A stretch of DNA of 64,000 nt, from positions 1 to 64,000 of the forward strand of contig CAXHJY010001199.1 in NCBI GenBank assembly GCA_964016885.1, given 5' to 3'. The stretch is from Eledone cirrhosa. Taxonomy: Eukaryota. Below, in pieces: positions 33,178 to 52,097 of the stretch. Position 1 is the first letter of the stretch. Every line of letters begins with the position of its first letter. The position numbers and the translations under genes were made by a program. Under the pieces are notes generated by a model. That model was not told where the DNA came from and did not search any database. It saw only the letters and a program-made list of their open reading frames with translations.

Positions 33178-33735
33178 ATGGTGGTGTGATGGGGGTGATG
33201 GTGTGATGGGGTGATTGGGGTGATGGGGTGATGGTGTCATGATGGGGTGACATGGTCATGGTGGTGGTGGTGATGGTGTCATGGTGTTGGTTGTGTCATT
33301 GGTGGCGGTAATGGTGTCGTGGTGGTGTCATGGTGGTCGTGGTGGTGGTGTCACGGTGGTAGTGGTGGTTGTGTCATGGTGGTGGTGGTGGTGTCGTGGT
33401 GGTGGTATGGTGGTGTCGTGGTGGCGGTTGTGGTGTCATGGTGGTGTCATGGTGGTCGTGGTGGTGGTGTCACGGTGGTAGTGGTGGTTGTGTCATGGTG
33501 GCGGTGGTGGTGTCATGGTGGCGGTGGTGGTGTCATGGTGGCGGTGTCATGGTGGTAGTGATGGTGTCATGGTGGTGGTGTCACGGTGGTAATGGTGGTA
33601 TGGTGGTGGCATGGTGGTGGTGGTATGGTGGCGGTTGCGGTGGTGGTGTGGTGGCGGTGGTGGTATGGTGGTGGCAGTGGTGGTGTCATGGTGGCGGTTG
33701 TGGTGTCATGGTGGCGGTGGTGGTGGTGTCACGGT
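33178..33735. repeat. Degenerate (GGT)n/GTCAT tract
   Basis: Direct inspection. Confidence 0.9.
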
Positions 33736-34025
33736 GAGTACAGTAAATGGTAAACAATCTGGAAAGACAACAACGTGGCACTGTGACACATCTTCACGCA
33801 ACACTCCTAAAAGCACGTGTCACTGAGTGAAACTCCATTGAGTGAGAGTGGAGGTGAGAGTGATATCGGAGGAGGGGAAAGATAGATAGGACGACAGAGG
33901 TACACAAGAGAGAGGGGTGTGGTGGTGATAAGAGCCATGGTGGGGGTGTTCTGGGTGTAGAATTTCCGGGCATTTTGACACGGGGCTTTAAGTCCTTACT
34001 TGAGGCTCAATTGGTGTTATATCAA

Positions 34026-34091
<66 letters not shown>

Positions 34092-34257
34092 TGTGTCTCT
34101 GTGAGTGTGTGTGTGTGTGTGTAGTGTGTGTGTGTGTGTGTGTAGTGTGTGTGTGTGTAGTGTGTGTGTGTGTGTGTGTGCATATACACATTTTCACCTT
34201 AGAGATGGATAGATATATACACTCAAACACAAGCACATATATATGTTTGTATGTGTG

Positions 34258-34320
<63 letters not shown>

Positions 34321-34747
34321 GTATATATATGTGTGTGTGTATATATATATATATATATGTGTGTATATATATATGTGTGTATATATATGTGTGTGTGTAT
34401 ATATATATATATGAGTGTGTATATATATATGTATATGTATATTTATATATAATTATATATATTTATATATAATTATATATATTATATATATGTATATATG
34501 TATATCTATATATATATATATTTACATACATATATATATATTTATATATATGTATGATGTATGTATATATATATATATATATTATATTTATATTTATATA
34601 TATAGCACATAGATTGAGGGAGAAGTTAAAAATATCTGATGCCAAACACTGGTGTGATAAACGACGACAATATCCTGACATTTGGTGATGAGAAATAAAT
34701 AGAAAAAGAAAAAGGAATATATATTTTATCAAATAAACAAAACAGGA

Positions 34748-35770
34748 GATGGTGGGTGGGTGCTACACGAGAATGCTGAGGATGGCTCTGAACATTAATC
34801 AGTATACACTGAGGATGAAAAACTCAGAGCTGTATGGGAGCTTCCCAAAAGTCAGCTCAAAAGTGACACAGAGGAGACTGAGGTTAGCTGGACATGCTCA
34901 CCGACATCCAGAGTTGACATTGGACTCAGTGCTCCCGTGGGAGACCCTACATGGACACACTGGAAGAGGAGACTGAGGTTAGCTGGACATGCTCACCGAC
35001 ATCCAGAGTTGACACTGCACTCAGTGCTCCTGTGGGAGACCCTACATGGACACACTGGAAGAGGAGACTGAGGTTAGCTGGACATGCTCACCGACATCCA
35101 GAGTTGACACTGCACTCAGTGCTCCTGTGGGAGACCCTACATGGACACACTGGAAGAGGAGACTGAGGTTAGCTGGACATGCTCACCGACATCCAGAGTT
35201 GACACTGCACTCAGTGCTCCTGTGGGAGACCTTACATGGACACACTGGAAGAGGAGACTGAGGTTAGCTGGACATGCTCACCGACATCCAGAGTTGACAC
35301 TGCACTCAGTGCTCCTGTGGGAGACCCTACATGGACACACTGGAAGAGGAGACTGAGGTTAGCTGGACATGCTCACCGACATCCAGAGTTGACACTGCAC
35401 TCAGTGCTCCTGTGGGAGACCCTACATGGACACACTGGAAGAGGAGACTGAGGTTAGCTGGACATGCTCACCGACATCCAGAGTTGACACTGCACTCAGT
35501 GCTCCTGTGGGAGACCCTACATGGACACACTGGAAGAGGAGACTGAGGTTAGCTGGACATGCTCACCGACATCCAGAGTTGACATTGCACTCAGTGCTCC
35601 TGTGGGAGCCCCTACATGGACACACTGGAAGAGGAAGACCAAGGTTAACGTATGTTGATGCCCTAAGGACAGACACTGGTCTGTTGGAGACGCAGGACAT
35701 GGCAGCGATAATGAGGGACAGAGACCGCTGGAGAGAACTCGTCCATGGATCTCGGGAATTTTACCCGCCC
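34748..35770 (+). mobile_element. 3' fragment of an RTE-type LINE ORF2 containing an internal tandem array
   Basis: GCYTRMLRMALNI...RRLRLAGHAHRH...GRGRPRLTYVD...DRDRWRELV. Confidence 0.85.
34871..35630 (+). repeat. 95-bp tandem repeat x8
   Basis: Units start at 34871+95n, also visible as ORFs spaced 95 bp apart. Confidence 0.96.
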
Positions 35771-36270
35771 TATATAGATAGTGTTAATGTGTGGGAGTAG
35801 CGGTGAGAGGAGGTGAATGAGTGTTAATGTCCGTAGAACTGATGGTATGGTGGTAGTAGTAGTAGGAGGTGAATCAGTGTTGGAATTGTTAAAGTCTGTA
35901 GATCTGGTGGTATGGTGGTAGTAATGTCTGTAGAACTGGTGGTATGGTGGTGGTGGTAGTAGTAGTAGGAGGTGAATCAGTGTTGGAGTTGTTAAAGTCT
36001 GTAGATCTGGTGGTATGGTGGTAGTAATGTCTGTAGATCTGGTGGTATGATGGTGGTAGGAGAAGGTAGGAGGAACTGAATGAATACATCCTGCTCTTAA
36101 AAGACCCTTCCGAGAAACTCCATTTCGGCCGCTTGTATTCGCGATCATATCCTTTCATTTAATATGACAGAATGATGCTGCAAGTACGCAGGTAACACTA
36201 CACACACACACACACACACTACACACTACACACACACACACACTACACACACACACACACACTACACACT

Positions 36271-36307
<37 letters not shown>

Positions 36308-36352
36308 GTGACGAAACATAAGTCAATTGCATGAACACATAATCATTTATTT

Positions 36353-36408
36353 ACTGCTATATATATTTCGACGATAGCCATTGTATGGCTATGACCTCAT
36401 CAGGCAGT
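36353..36408 (-). ncRNA. Minimal type I hammerhead ribozyme motif with an intact core
   Basis: ACTGC-CTGATGA-GGTCATAGCCA(TACAA)TGGCTATCGTC-GAA-ATATATAT-A-GCAGT. Confidence 0.78.
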
Positions 36409-36483
36409 TAGTCAGTTCTTAGATATGCCAGCTCTGTGTTTTTGGTGTTGATGGTTTCAGAGTCTTGGGACATATATATATAT

Positions 36484-36598
36484 AGTTGAATGACATATAT
36501 ATACAAAATAAACACATCAAACAATTACAGGGGATAATAATTATCCCCTGTAATTGTTTGATGTGTTTATTTTATATATACGTATATGTCATTCAACT
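36484..36598. repeat. Fold-back palindrome
   Basis: Arms 36484-36537 and 36541-36598, with no ribozyme core seen. Confidence 0.8.
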
Positions 36599-36732
36599 TT
36601 TTATTTTTAATTTAATATAAAATGCTCGGATTTACTACTTGGAATCTTTCAGCTTATTCCACAGGTGGTATGGCGCATGATTCTGATATTCTCAGACATG
36701 ACATCTTTAATCTAATTTTGATAATATATATA

Positions 36733-36870
36733 TAGGAAAATGTTTGACCCCGACGGCAGGGCTCTGCCGTCGGGGTCAAACATTTTCCTATTACCCACTC
36801 TACTACCCTAAGTATTGAGTACTCTGGTGCGTTATGGTCCATCTGGTTCCTTACCACACCTCCTTCGTTA
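36733..36870 (+). mobile_element. Family C element beginning with a near-perfect hairpin (36733-36790)
   Basis: Axis at 36761/36762, inside the G(A/G)GCTC palindrome of predicted loop III, followed by the family C tail. Confidence 0.72.
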
Positions 36871-37066
36871 TATATATATACCTGATTGGTTTTTTTCGTT
36901 GCTTTGGTCCATGTGGCTGGGTCACCGGTCGCAGTTTTCAATTTTTCAAGCTATCTAACGTTTGTTGTTACTCTAAGGTAGCACATTCCTAATTTTATAT
37001 CGTTAGCTTGGCCACAGCGAAAACTTCGATTTTACTAAACTTCCATTTGGATATTTATATATATAT

Positions 37067-37351
37067 ATTGTTATACTTTGGTAGGGTCATGTTGCCAATA
37101 AGAAACACACGCACCAGTTGCTTCACTTCAATTTATCATAATAAATTTATAAATTTCCGGTTGGTTGTTTGGTTCCACAACCAGATGATTGTTTATATTG
37201 TCAAAGTTCTTTCGTCACACATTCTGTGACCTCTTCAGTGACTTGGGATTCTTTTCTTTGTTTTTGTGACTCTCCTTTGTTCTGTCATACACCATCTTGT
37301 TTTTGTGTGTGTGTTCACAAACACAAAAACACACACACAAAAACAAGATGG
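37067..37351 (-). mobile_element. Family B element with hammerhead motif at 37200-37242
   Basis: Reverse complement of the 25815 copy, with a small terminal fold-back at 37292-37351. Confidence 0.78.
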
Positions 37352-37440
37352 GCATGGACTTAAAGTGGGCATGGCTAGGTGGTGATACGTTCGACGCCTA
37401 TATATAAACACATACATATACATGTATGTATATAGGTAAG

Positions 37441-37513
<73 letters not shown>

Positions 37514-37527
37514 ATGTATGCAAACAA

Positions 37528-37569
<42 letters not shown>

Positions 37570-37706
37570 ATGTATACAAACGAGAATATATATATATATG
37601 CAAAAGTCCTATTTAAAGTTGTTGAGATACAAGTAAATATAAAATAACCGACATAAATAACCGACATAAAGCACTCGACAAATTTTTGGAGTAGATTGTA
37701 TTTTGT

Positions 37707-37755
37707 CTGATGAAGGCATACCATAATTTAATGTGGTATCCCTGAAATAAATATC
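37707..37755 (+). ncRNA. Hammerhead motif lacking the 3' strand of stem I
   Basis: CTGATGA-AGGCATACCATA(ATTTAA)TGTGGTATCCCT-GAA-ATA(AA)TAT-C, then microsatellite. Confidence 0.65.
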
Positions 37756-37802
37756 GTGTGTATATATATATATATATATGTCTATGTATGCATACATGCA
37801 TG

Positions 37803-37835
<33 letters not shown>

Positions 37836-37992
37836 ACATACATGTATGTATATATATACATATGTATATGTGTGTTTGAATGCATACATGCACGTATGTA
37901 TATATATGTCTATGTATGCATACATGTATATATATATATATATGTATGTATAAATGCATGTATGTATACATGCATGTATGTATACATACATG

Positions 37993-38038
<46 letters not shown>

Positions 38039-38114
38039 TATACATACATACATGTATGTATATGTATATGTATATATGTATGCATACATGCATGTATGCA
38101 TATATATATGAATG

Positions 38115-38153
<39 letters not shown>

Positions 38154-38457
38154 TCATACATACATGTATGTATGATTCTAAATGAAGTTAAGTATATGTA
38201 TAATTGTTCAACTGTAATTCCGAGACTCAGTCAGAAAGGAAGGAGACTTTCCAATACGTTTAACATCGTCTGACAGAATTAAAACACCGCCACAGCCACC
38301 AACACGACTACCAAACAACACGACACACCCACCAATACCGCCACCATTACTATCATCACTTGTACCAGCACCAACACCACCAACACCAATATCACCAATA
38401 GTGAACGAGTATATTTACTTTCATTAATATTTTGATATTAGTATCATTCATTACACG

Positions 38458-38559
<102 letters not shown>

Positions 38560-38570
38560 TACATACATAC

Positions 38571-38975
38571 GGTGGCTGCCAACTCGTTTTCGAGTACGGC
38601 CACTACTTTATATCCATGTAGGAGAACCCCTACCGATGTGCTGAACGAGTGTGACTTTTTAGTCCAGCCACCGACTTGAAAACTCTGGTACAAACACTAC
38701 ACCTGTGACAATTATTGACACATAGTGCTGGGCCCATGGTACCATGTGACGACAAGTGCAGAGAGATCTCCAGATATAAAGCAATGCCTGTGCCGTGAAG
38801 CTTTTATAGTGAGCAAAGGCACTGCACAAAGCCAGTCCCACTCTCTTAACCAAGATGATATTTACCAAAAAGAAGAACAAGTCAACATCATTGGATACCA
38901 TCAGGGTTGCAGGTGTTATATCAGAGTTTTCCTTCTCCTAGAATTCTGCCTTGACAAAGGCTAAGGGGTCATCTC
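38571..38975 (-). mobile_element. Short non-autonomous RTE-derived element, copy 2
   Basis: Near-identical to 1051-1441, with the same boundaries. Confidence 0.7.
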
Positions 38976-39030
38976 TCCCGGATATATATATATATTGCTG
39001 GCCTTGTGCTAAACGTAGAAACAATTATTA

Positions 39031-39236
39031 TAGATAACGAGGAATCAGATATGTTTTGCGCTTTCAAAACATTTCATCCGATGAAATGTTTTGAAAGCGC
39101 AAATCATATCTGAGGACCTTGCGAATGCAGAGTCAGGTCCGATCTTTAACAGATCCTGCCTTGAGCTGATCGTCAGAGAAACATATGTAATGTTAATAAA
39201 TTGTGTTTAGATACATCACTGATTCCTCGTTATCTA
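39031..39236. repeat. Nested inverted repeats
   Basis: Hairpin at about 39044-39113, centred near 39078 (CCGATGA...GAAAGCGC, a weak ribozyme-like match). Outer inverted repeat TAGATAACGAGGAATCAG/CTGATTCCTCGTTATCTA. Confidence 0.65.
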
Positions 39237-39259
39237 TATATGTGTGTGTGTGTGTGCGC

Positions 39260-39410
<151 letters not shown>

Positions 39411-39605
39411 TAATGTTATGACATTATAATATTATTATTATTTACTCACGAATGAACTTTATATGGTAGGGTCACCGTATTGAAATACAGCGATTCTTGG
39501 GCATTTAAAGCCTAGATGAGCCCAACCTTCCCCAGAGCCCAACCCTCTTACATATTGAGTACTCTGGTGCGTTATGGTCCACCTGGTATCTCACCACACC
39601 CTCTT

Positions 39606-39653
<48 letters not shown>

Positions 39654-40045
39654 AACAAATAAAACAAAACAAATAAATGGACGCAAAAATACAAAGTCTT
39701 ATTAGGTTCACGCTTGGAGGAATGGAGGAGGGTTCTATAATTCTGACGGAAGTCCTGTGTCAGGAAATGGAGAGTTCGAAAAGGGAGAGAAAAAATAGAA
39801 AAATAGGTATATGAACGTTTGGAAAAGATTGTTAGGTTGGGAGTGGTAGCTGACTGGTCCGACATTCAGGAGACGGGGCCGAAGTCGAGGATCCAGGTGT
39901 GTCATAGCTGTGGTTGTGTGTGGGGGATGAAATTAGTAGGTGAGAAATTATTGCTTCATGTATATATGTATATATGTATGTATAAAAATATGTATATAAA
40001 TATGTATGTATGTAGGTATATATCTATATATATATATGCATGAAT

Positions 40046-40156
40046 GTATGTATGTATGTATGTATGTATGTATGTATGTATGTATGTATGTATGTATGTA
40101 TGTATGTATGTATGTATGTATGTATGTATGTATGTATGTATGTATGTATGTATGTA
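40046..40156. repeat. (TGTA)n tetranucleotide microsatellite
   Basis: Direct inspection. Confidence 0.95.
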
Positions 40157-40697
40157 TATATATGTATGTATGTATATAAGTGTGTGTATAGAAGAGGAAA
40201 GGTCTAATTTGTGAAATGCATCGTTAGAAGGATGTTCTGAGAACGTGTTAAGTGGGAAATCGTTCATGCATGAAAATTAATGGATATTTTATAACAATCA
40301 CACACACATACACACACACATATATATACATATATACATACACAAACACGAATATACAGACACACATTCACACATATATATATACATACACAAACACGAA
40401 TATACACACACACACATATATACATACACACACATATACACACACACACATAGATACGTACACAAACACGAATGTACAGACACACACACACATATATGTG
40501 GTGTGGTGGTGTGATAGATCCACACACGCCCACCTATGTGTGTGTGTGTGTGCATGTGTGTGTGTGTGTATGGATGTAAAAGGTAAACAGAAATAACAAA
40601 GCAAACGACACAGCATATATATATATATATATACATACACGTATATAGATACGCATTAATACACGTATATAGATACGCATTATATATATACATACAC

Positions 40698-40729
<32 letters not shown>

Positions 40730-40752
40730 GTATATATATATATATATATACG

Positions 40753-40783
<31 letters not shown>

Positions 40784-41227
40784 TTAATATTTATACTCTG
40801 CTATGTATTGAGTACTTTACTTACTGTGGTTACCCACAATTGAACTCGGGATACACGCACACACACACACACACATTCACGTGTGTGTGTGTGTGGATAT
40901 TACGCACACACAGTGACGGACACATACAGACATAAGGGCCCGTTATAAGTCCTTGAGTTTACGAGCGTTGGTATAGACCCTTCGTTATTTAAAATAGTAA
41001 GGGATGGCGGCTGTCCTCGTGGTCACATGTTCCAGCGATTACATGGGGGCTTCATTACTTAAGATGGTAAAATATAGTACCAGTTATGTACTGGGATCGA
41101 TATATCGACTTTCCTCAGCTCCAAAATCAATGGCCTTGTAACCTACGTTAGAAACCGTTATTTAAGATGGTAAGAGGTGGTCACGGTAGGAACGATTATA
41201 TATATATATATATATATACATACATAT

Positions 41228-43964
41228 ATCATCATCATCATCATCATCACCGTTTTACGTCCGTTCTTCCACGCTAGCATGGGTTAGACGGGTTGTCCTG
41301 TTGTGGGCAGTGTCTGGTCGGCTGACCATGCCTTGCTCATACAGGAACTGATCTGGCTTGATTTCTACAACTGGATGCCCTTCCTAACACCAACCTCATT
41401 TACAGTGAGTGCTGGGTGCTTTTTCGTGGCGCCTACACGTCCACTTTACAGTGTGGGCTGGGTGCTTTTTTGCCGTGGCACCTCCACGACCACCTTGCGG
41501 TGGGGGGGGGGGCATATCGTTTATATGCTTCAGCATGTACCCATGGGAGGTCGGGTACCCTGTATTACTGCGTGACGCCAGAAGTCACGGTCGTGTGTCA
41601 TTGACTTTGAGAGGTGTAGTTGGGTAAGGTCGGCTTTTATCACCTCATCCCAAGTCATCTTGGGTCTCCCCACTCCGCGGTTTCCATCAACTTCTAGTGC
41701 TCTGCACCTTTTTATGCAGCTGTCATCCTTCATACGCATCACATGTCCATACCAGCGTAACCGCCTCTCCTGCACGCAGCATTTGATTCCTCTTATGCTC
41801 AGTCTCTCTCTCAATTCATTTATGCTTTGTCGTTCACGTATATTACTGTTACACATCCATCGGAGCATGCAGGCTTCGTTTCTCTCTAATCTACGTAAGT
41901 CTTCCACCTTCAGCGCCCAGGTCTCACTACCATGCAGCATCGCTGTTCGGATACACGCATCATACAGTCTGCCTTTCATTCTGAGGGAGAAGCCTTTTGC
42001 AGCTAGCAGTGGTAGTAGTTCCCTAAACTTCTTCCATCCCGTTCTTACCCTAGTTATTGTACTTTCTGAGCACCCACCTCCGTTGCTAATTCGGTCACCT
42101 AGGTAGCAGAAGCTGTCTACTGTTTCTACAGGGCCCTCCCAGAGATTGGTGGTACTTGTTTCCTGTGGCTGTTTGCTTGCTGTTTCAGCACAGCTGCTGC
42201 ATGTGAATCCTACATTCTTAATTAAGCTTCCTGAGATCCCGCTACATCTCTTGTGTACCCATTGTTTGCATTTGGGGCAGAGAATGGAGTTCCTACCTAC
42301 ACCTTTCCTACATACTGAGCAAGGCCATTTCCCTGAGGGGATCTGGGTTCTGTTTTCTCGTCTACTTATAAGGACCTTAGTCTTTGTCATGTTGACTTTG
42401 AGGCCCTTTCTCTCTAGTCCCTGCTTCCAGGTTTGGAATTTATTCTCTAGTTCTACCATAGATTCAGCTATGAGTGCGAGGTCATCAGCATACAGGAGTT
42501 CCCATGGGCATCCGGTCTTAAACTCCTCCGTTATTGCCTGCAGGACTATGATGAACAGGAGAGGGCTAAGAACAGAGCCCTGGTGGACCCCAACCTGTAC
42601 GCTAAATTCCTCGCTATACTCATTGCCAATCCTAACTTTGCTGACTGCTCCCCTATACATGGCTTGTACCGCTTTCACAAGCCATTCATCTACTCCTAGT
42701 TTTCTAAGAGCCCACCAGATTACTGCACGTGGAACTCTGTCAAAGGCTTTCTCAAGGTCGACAAATGCCAAGTAGAGTGGCTTACTTTTAGCTAGGTACT
42801 TTTCCTGTAATTGCCTCACAAGGAAGAGCGCATCAGTGGTGCCTTTCCCTGGAACAAACCCAAATTGCATCTCGTCTATATTCACCCGGTCCCTAATCAG
42901 CTGTGCTATAACTCTTTCTGTTACTTTCATGACCTGGTCCATCAACTTTATACCTCTATAGTTTCCTCTATCTAGTGCATCGCCTTTACCTTTGTAGCAG
43001 TTGACAATGATGCTACTGCACCAATCTTTTGGTATGGCCCCCTCTAGTATTACCTGGTTAACGATACGTGTGGTTATAGTGTGACCTACAGACCCAGATG
43101 CCTTCAGCATCTCGGCAGCTATACCCGATGGACCGGTTGCCTTCCCTATCTTCATATCTCTGATTGCCTTACTTACTACGCTGCCGCTGACTTGTACTGC
43201 TGGTCCCTCTATAGGGTCTACGTGGGGTAGGGTCTCTTCTTCCCATGCATTCTCCTCATTTAGTAATCTATCATAATGACTCTTCCATGCATCTTTCTTC
43301 TCAGCACTTGTGAGGGCAAGCTCACCTTTATCATTCCGGATACACTTCTCTCCAATGACATCACAACTATCTCTGACACACTGCCTCGCAATCTTGAATA
43401 CCTCCTGTTTCTGGTCCTCACGTTGTAAAACATGCATGAATTTTCTATCCTCTGCTTCCCTCCTAGCTAAGTATACTTGTCGCCTAGCTTCCCTCTTGGT
43501 CTCTATGTAATGTACCCTGCTCCCCCCGTTCTTCCATTCTTTCCATGCCTGTCTCTTGGCCTTGACTGCTTCATCTACCTTATTGTTCCACCACCAAGTC
43601 ACTCTCCTCCTGCTTGAGGTCTTACTCCAGCCACAAACCTCATCCGTCGCCTCTAGTAAGTTATTTTTTAGGAACTCCCAGTTCTCTTCTACGTTAAATG
43701 TCTCTATCTGTTCTTCTTTACTGTCGTAGGCGTTGAGTAAAATATCTTTAAATCTGTTACTGGTTGAGGGGACTTTCAGCTTCCAGATCTTTCTTCTCCA
43801 GGTTGGCCTCTGTTTCAGGGCTCGTCTAGTTCTGACCGTGAGGTCGCTGACAACTAAGCTATGTTGGGATGTACATTCCTCACTAGGGAAGGCTTTTGTG
43901 TTTACGACCGTCCATCTGTCACGTCCTCTGATGAGGATAAAATCTAACTGACTAGAGTGCTCCC
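41228..43964 (-). mobile_element. 5'-truncated RTE-clade LINE with 3' UTR and (ATG)n tail
   Basis: Coding region 43964-41530, then a UTR to 41250, then (ATG)n on the minus strand. Confidence 0.93.
41530..43964 (-). CDS. RTE ORF2 remnant: APE C-terminus, RT and PHD-type finger; uninterrupted ~810 codons with no native start
   Basis: QLDFILIR...[50 protein letters not shown] and RRLRWYGHV. The ORF extension to 48390 is microsatellite read-through. Confidence 0.88.
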
Positions 43965-48406
<4,442 letters not shown>

Positions 48407-48920
48407 ATTGTTATACTTTGGGAGGGTCATGTTGCCAATAAGAAACACACGCACCAGTTGCTTTCACTTCAATTAATTTATTCTGTAATTATAAATTTAC
48501 AAATTTATAAATTTCTGGTTGGTTGGTTGGTTCCACAACCAGATAGTTGTTTATATATATATAGTCATAGTTCTTTCGTCACACACTCTGTGACCTCTTC
48601 AGTGACTGGGGATTTCTTTCTTCGTTTCTGTGCCTTTCCTTTCTTCTATCCTACGCCATTTTGTTTGAAGAGGTCACAGAGTGTGTGACGAAAGAACTAT
48701 GACTATATATATATAAACAACTATCTGGTTGTGGAACCAACCAACCAACCAGAAATTTATAAATTTGTAAATTTATAAATATAGAATAAATTAAATTGAA
48801 GTGAAAGCAACTGGTGCGTGTGTTTCTTATTGGCAACATGACCCTCCCAAAGTATAACAATATCGGTTTCAACACACGATTTCAGATAAAGAATCTTGTT
48901 AAACAAATTCAGAAACGAAA
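48407..48920. mobile_element. Family B fold-back; hammerhead at 48563-48607 (minus)
   Basis: AGTCA-CTGAAGA-G-GTCACA(GAGTG)TGTGAC-GAA-AG(AA)CT-A-TGACT. The plus arm starts at TGAAGA (48666). Confidence 0.8.
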
Positions 48921-48995
48921 CATATATACATATATATATACATATATATATACATATATATATATATATACATATATATATACATATATATATAC

Positions 48996-49047
<52 letters not shown>

Positions 49048-49049
<2 letters not shown>

Positions 49050-49756
49050 TGTTATACTTGGGGAGGGTCATATTTGTGTAATATTGCCAGAATTAATAAC
49101 AGAACACACTCACTGTTTGGTTGGTTTTCGCTTCTCGCTGTCTTTTATATCTGCGATCTAACTTAATCGGTCCTCAATGTTGCCATTGACTGACCGACGG
49201 TCAAAAATAATACAGATACAATATAGACACAAACACATATATATAGTTTACATAATTTACATAAATCTTTCGTTGCACATCTGCAACATCGTCAGTGGTG
49301 TTATATTTTTTCCTCCTGTTGTGTTGTATGTCTACGCCATTTTTTTTATTCAGTCTGTCTATATATTTACTTATTTATTTGCTTGTTTATTATTTTATTT
49401 GTCTTCTTTGCGCATGCGTTGCGTGTGTGTATAGTGTTACGTTTGCTGTGTGACTAGTGTGTATAGTGTTGTGTCTGCTGGGTGACTAGTGGTGTGTTTA
49501 TGTGCTTGTTGTTATTGTGCTTGTGTATGTATTTATTTATCTTATTTTATTTTATTTTATTTACTTATTTATACATCTCTTAGGTCAGTGTTGTTTGTTT
49601 GGGTGTTGTTGTTGTTCCACTCATTCTTTCTGTTTAGCTTTGGTCTTCTAATTTCTATTTCACTGGCCTCTCTGATTTGCCTATCTGCTGGGTCATTCTA
49701 TGTTTAGATATTATTCTAATTTCTATGTTGTCTATGTTACCGTCATGTTGTTGTCA
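49048..49756 (-). mobile_element. 5'-truncated Penelope-like element: GIY-YIG C-terminus (49569-49753, 1-nt frameshift), UTR and hammerhead at 49260-49297
   Basis: Hand translation gives [22 protein letters not shown]. Ribozyme CA-CTGACGA-T-GTTGCA(GATG)TGCAAC-GAA-AGATTT-A-TG. The terminus is shared with family B. Confidence 0.78.
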
Positions 49757-49788
49757 TATATACATATATATATACATATATATATTAC

Positions 49789-49887
<99 letters not shown>

Positions 49888-50083
49888 CATATATATACAT
49901 ATACATATATATATACATATATATATATACATATACTATATATACATATATATATATACATATATATATACATATATATATATTTACATATATATATATA
50001 TATACATATATATATACATATATATATACATATATATATATTTACATATATATATATATACATATATATATACATATATATAC

Positions 50084-50120
<37 letters not shown>

Positions 50121-50139
50121 CATATATATACATATATAC

Positions 50140-50172
<33 letters not shown>

Positions 50173-50184
50173 CATATATATATG

Positions 50185-50216
<32 letters not shown>

Positions 50217-50321
50217 CATATATATATACATATATATATATATACATATACATATATACATATATACATATATATATATATGTATACATATATATATACA
50301 TATATATATACATATATATAC

Positions 50322-50368
<47 letters not shown>

Positions 50369-50396
50369 CATATATATACATATATATACATATATG

Positions 50397-50428
<32 letters not shown>

Positions 50429-50429
50429 C

Positions 50430-50478
<49 letters not shown>

Positions 50479-50483
50479 TATGT

Positions 50484-50517
<34 letters not shown>

Positions 50518-50563
50518 ATATATACATATATATATATACATATACATATATATATATATACAT

Positions 50564-50598
<35 letters not shown>

Positions 50599-50877
50599 CA
50601 TATATATGCATACATATATATATACATATACATATATATACATATATATATACATATATACATATATATATACATATATATATATATACCTATATATATA
50701 TATACATATATATATATATACATATATATATATACATATATATATATACATATATATATACATATATATATACACATATATATACATATATACATATATA
50801 CATATATATATATATACATATATATATATACATATATATATATACATATATATACATATATACATATATATATATAC

Positions 50878-50924
<47 letters not shown>

Positions 50925-51056
50925 CATATATATATATACATATATATATATATACATATATATATACATATATATATACACATATATATACATATATACA
51001 TATATACATATATATATATAAATATATAATATACATATATACATATATATACATAT

Positions 51057-51103
<47 letters not shown>

Positions 51104-51477
51104 CATACATATACATATATATATATATATATACATACATATACATATATATATATATATATACATACATATACATATATAATATATATATACATATACA
51201 TATATATATATACATACATATACACATATATATATATATATACATACATATACATATATATATATACATACATATACACATATATATATATATACATACA
51301 TATACATATATATATATACATACATATACACATATATATATATATATACATACATATACACATATACATATATATATACATATACATATATATATACATA
51401 TACATATATACATATATATATACATATATATATACATATATATATATACATATACATATATATATATATACATATAC

Positions 51478-51537
<60 letters not shown>

Positions 51538-51545
51538 ACATATAC

Positions 51546-51580
<35 letters not shown>

Positions 51581-51631
51581 CATATTTATATATATATACA
51601 TATATATATATACATATACATATATATATAC

Positions 51632-51663
<32 letters not shown>

Positions 51664-51843
51664 ACATATACATATATATACATATACATATACATATATA
51701 TACATATACATATACATATATATACATATACATATACATATATATACATATACATATACATATATATACATATACATATATATATACATATATATATATA
51801 TACATATATATACATATACATATATACATATATATACATATAC

Positions 51844-51874
<31 letters not shown>

Positions 51875-51959
51875 CATATATATATACATATATATATACA
51901 TATATATATACATATATATATACATATATATATACATATATATATATATACATATATAC

Positions 51960-52018
<59 letters not shown>

Positions 52019-52097
52019 TACATATATACATATATATATATACATATATATATACATATATATATACATATATATATACATATATACATATATACAT

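Noticed and set aside
34871-35630. 95-bp array as CRISPR or as tandem small genes
   Set aside because: The units are identical along their whole length with no unique spacers, and they derive from LINE ORF2
43928-43945. CTGATGAGGAT as a hammerhead core
   Set aside because: No GAAA follows the short stem, and it is antisense to RTE coding sequence
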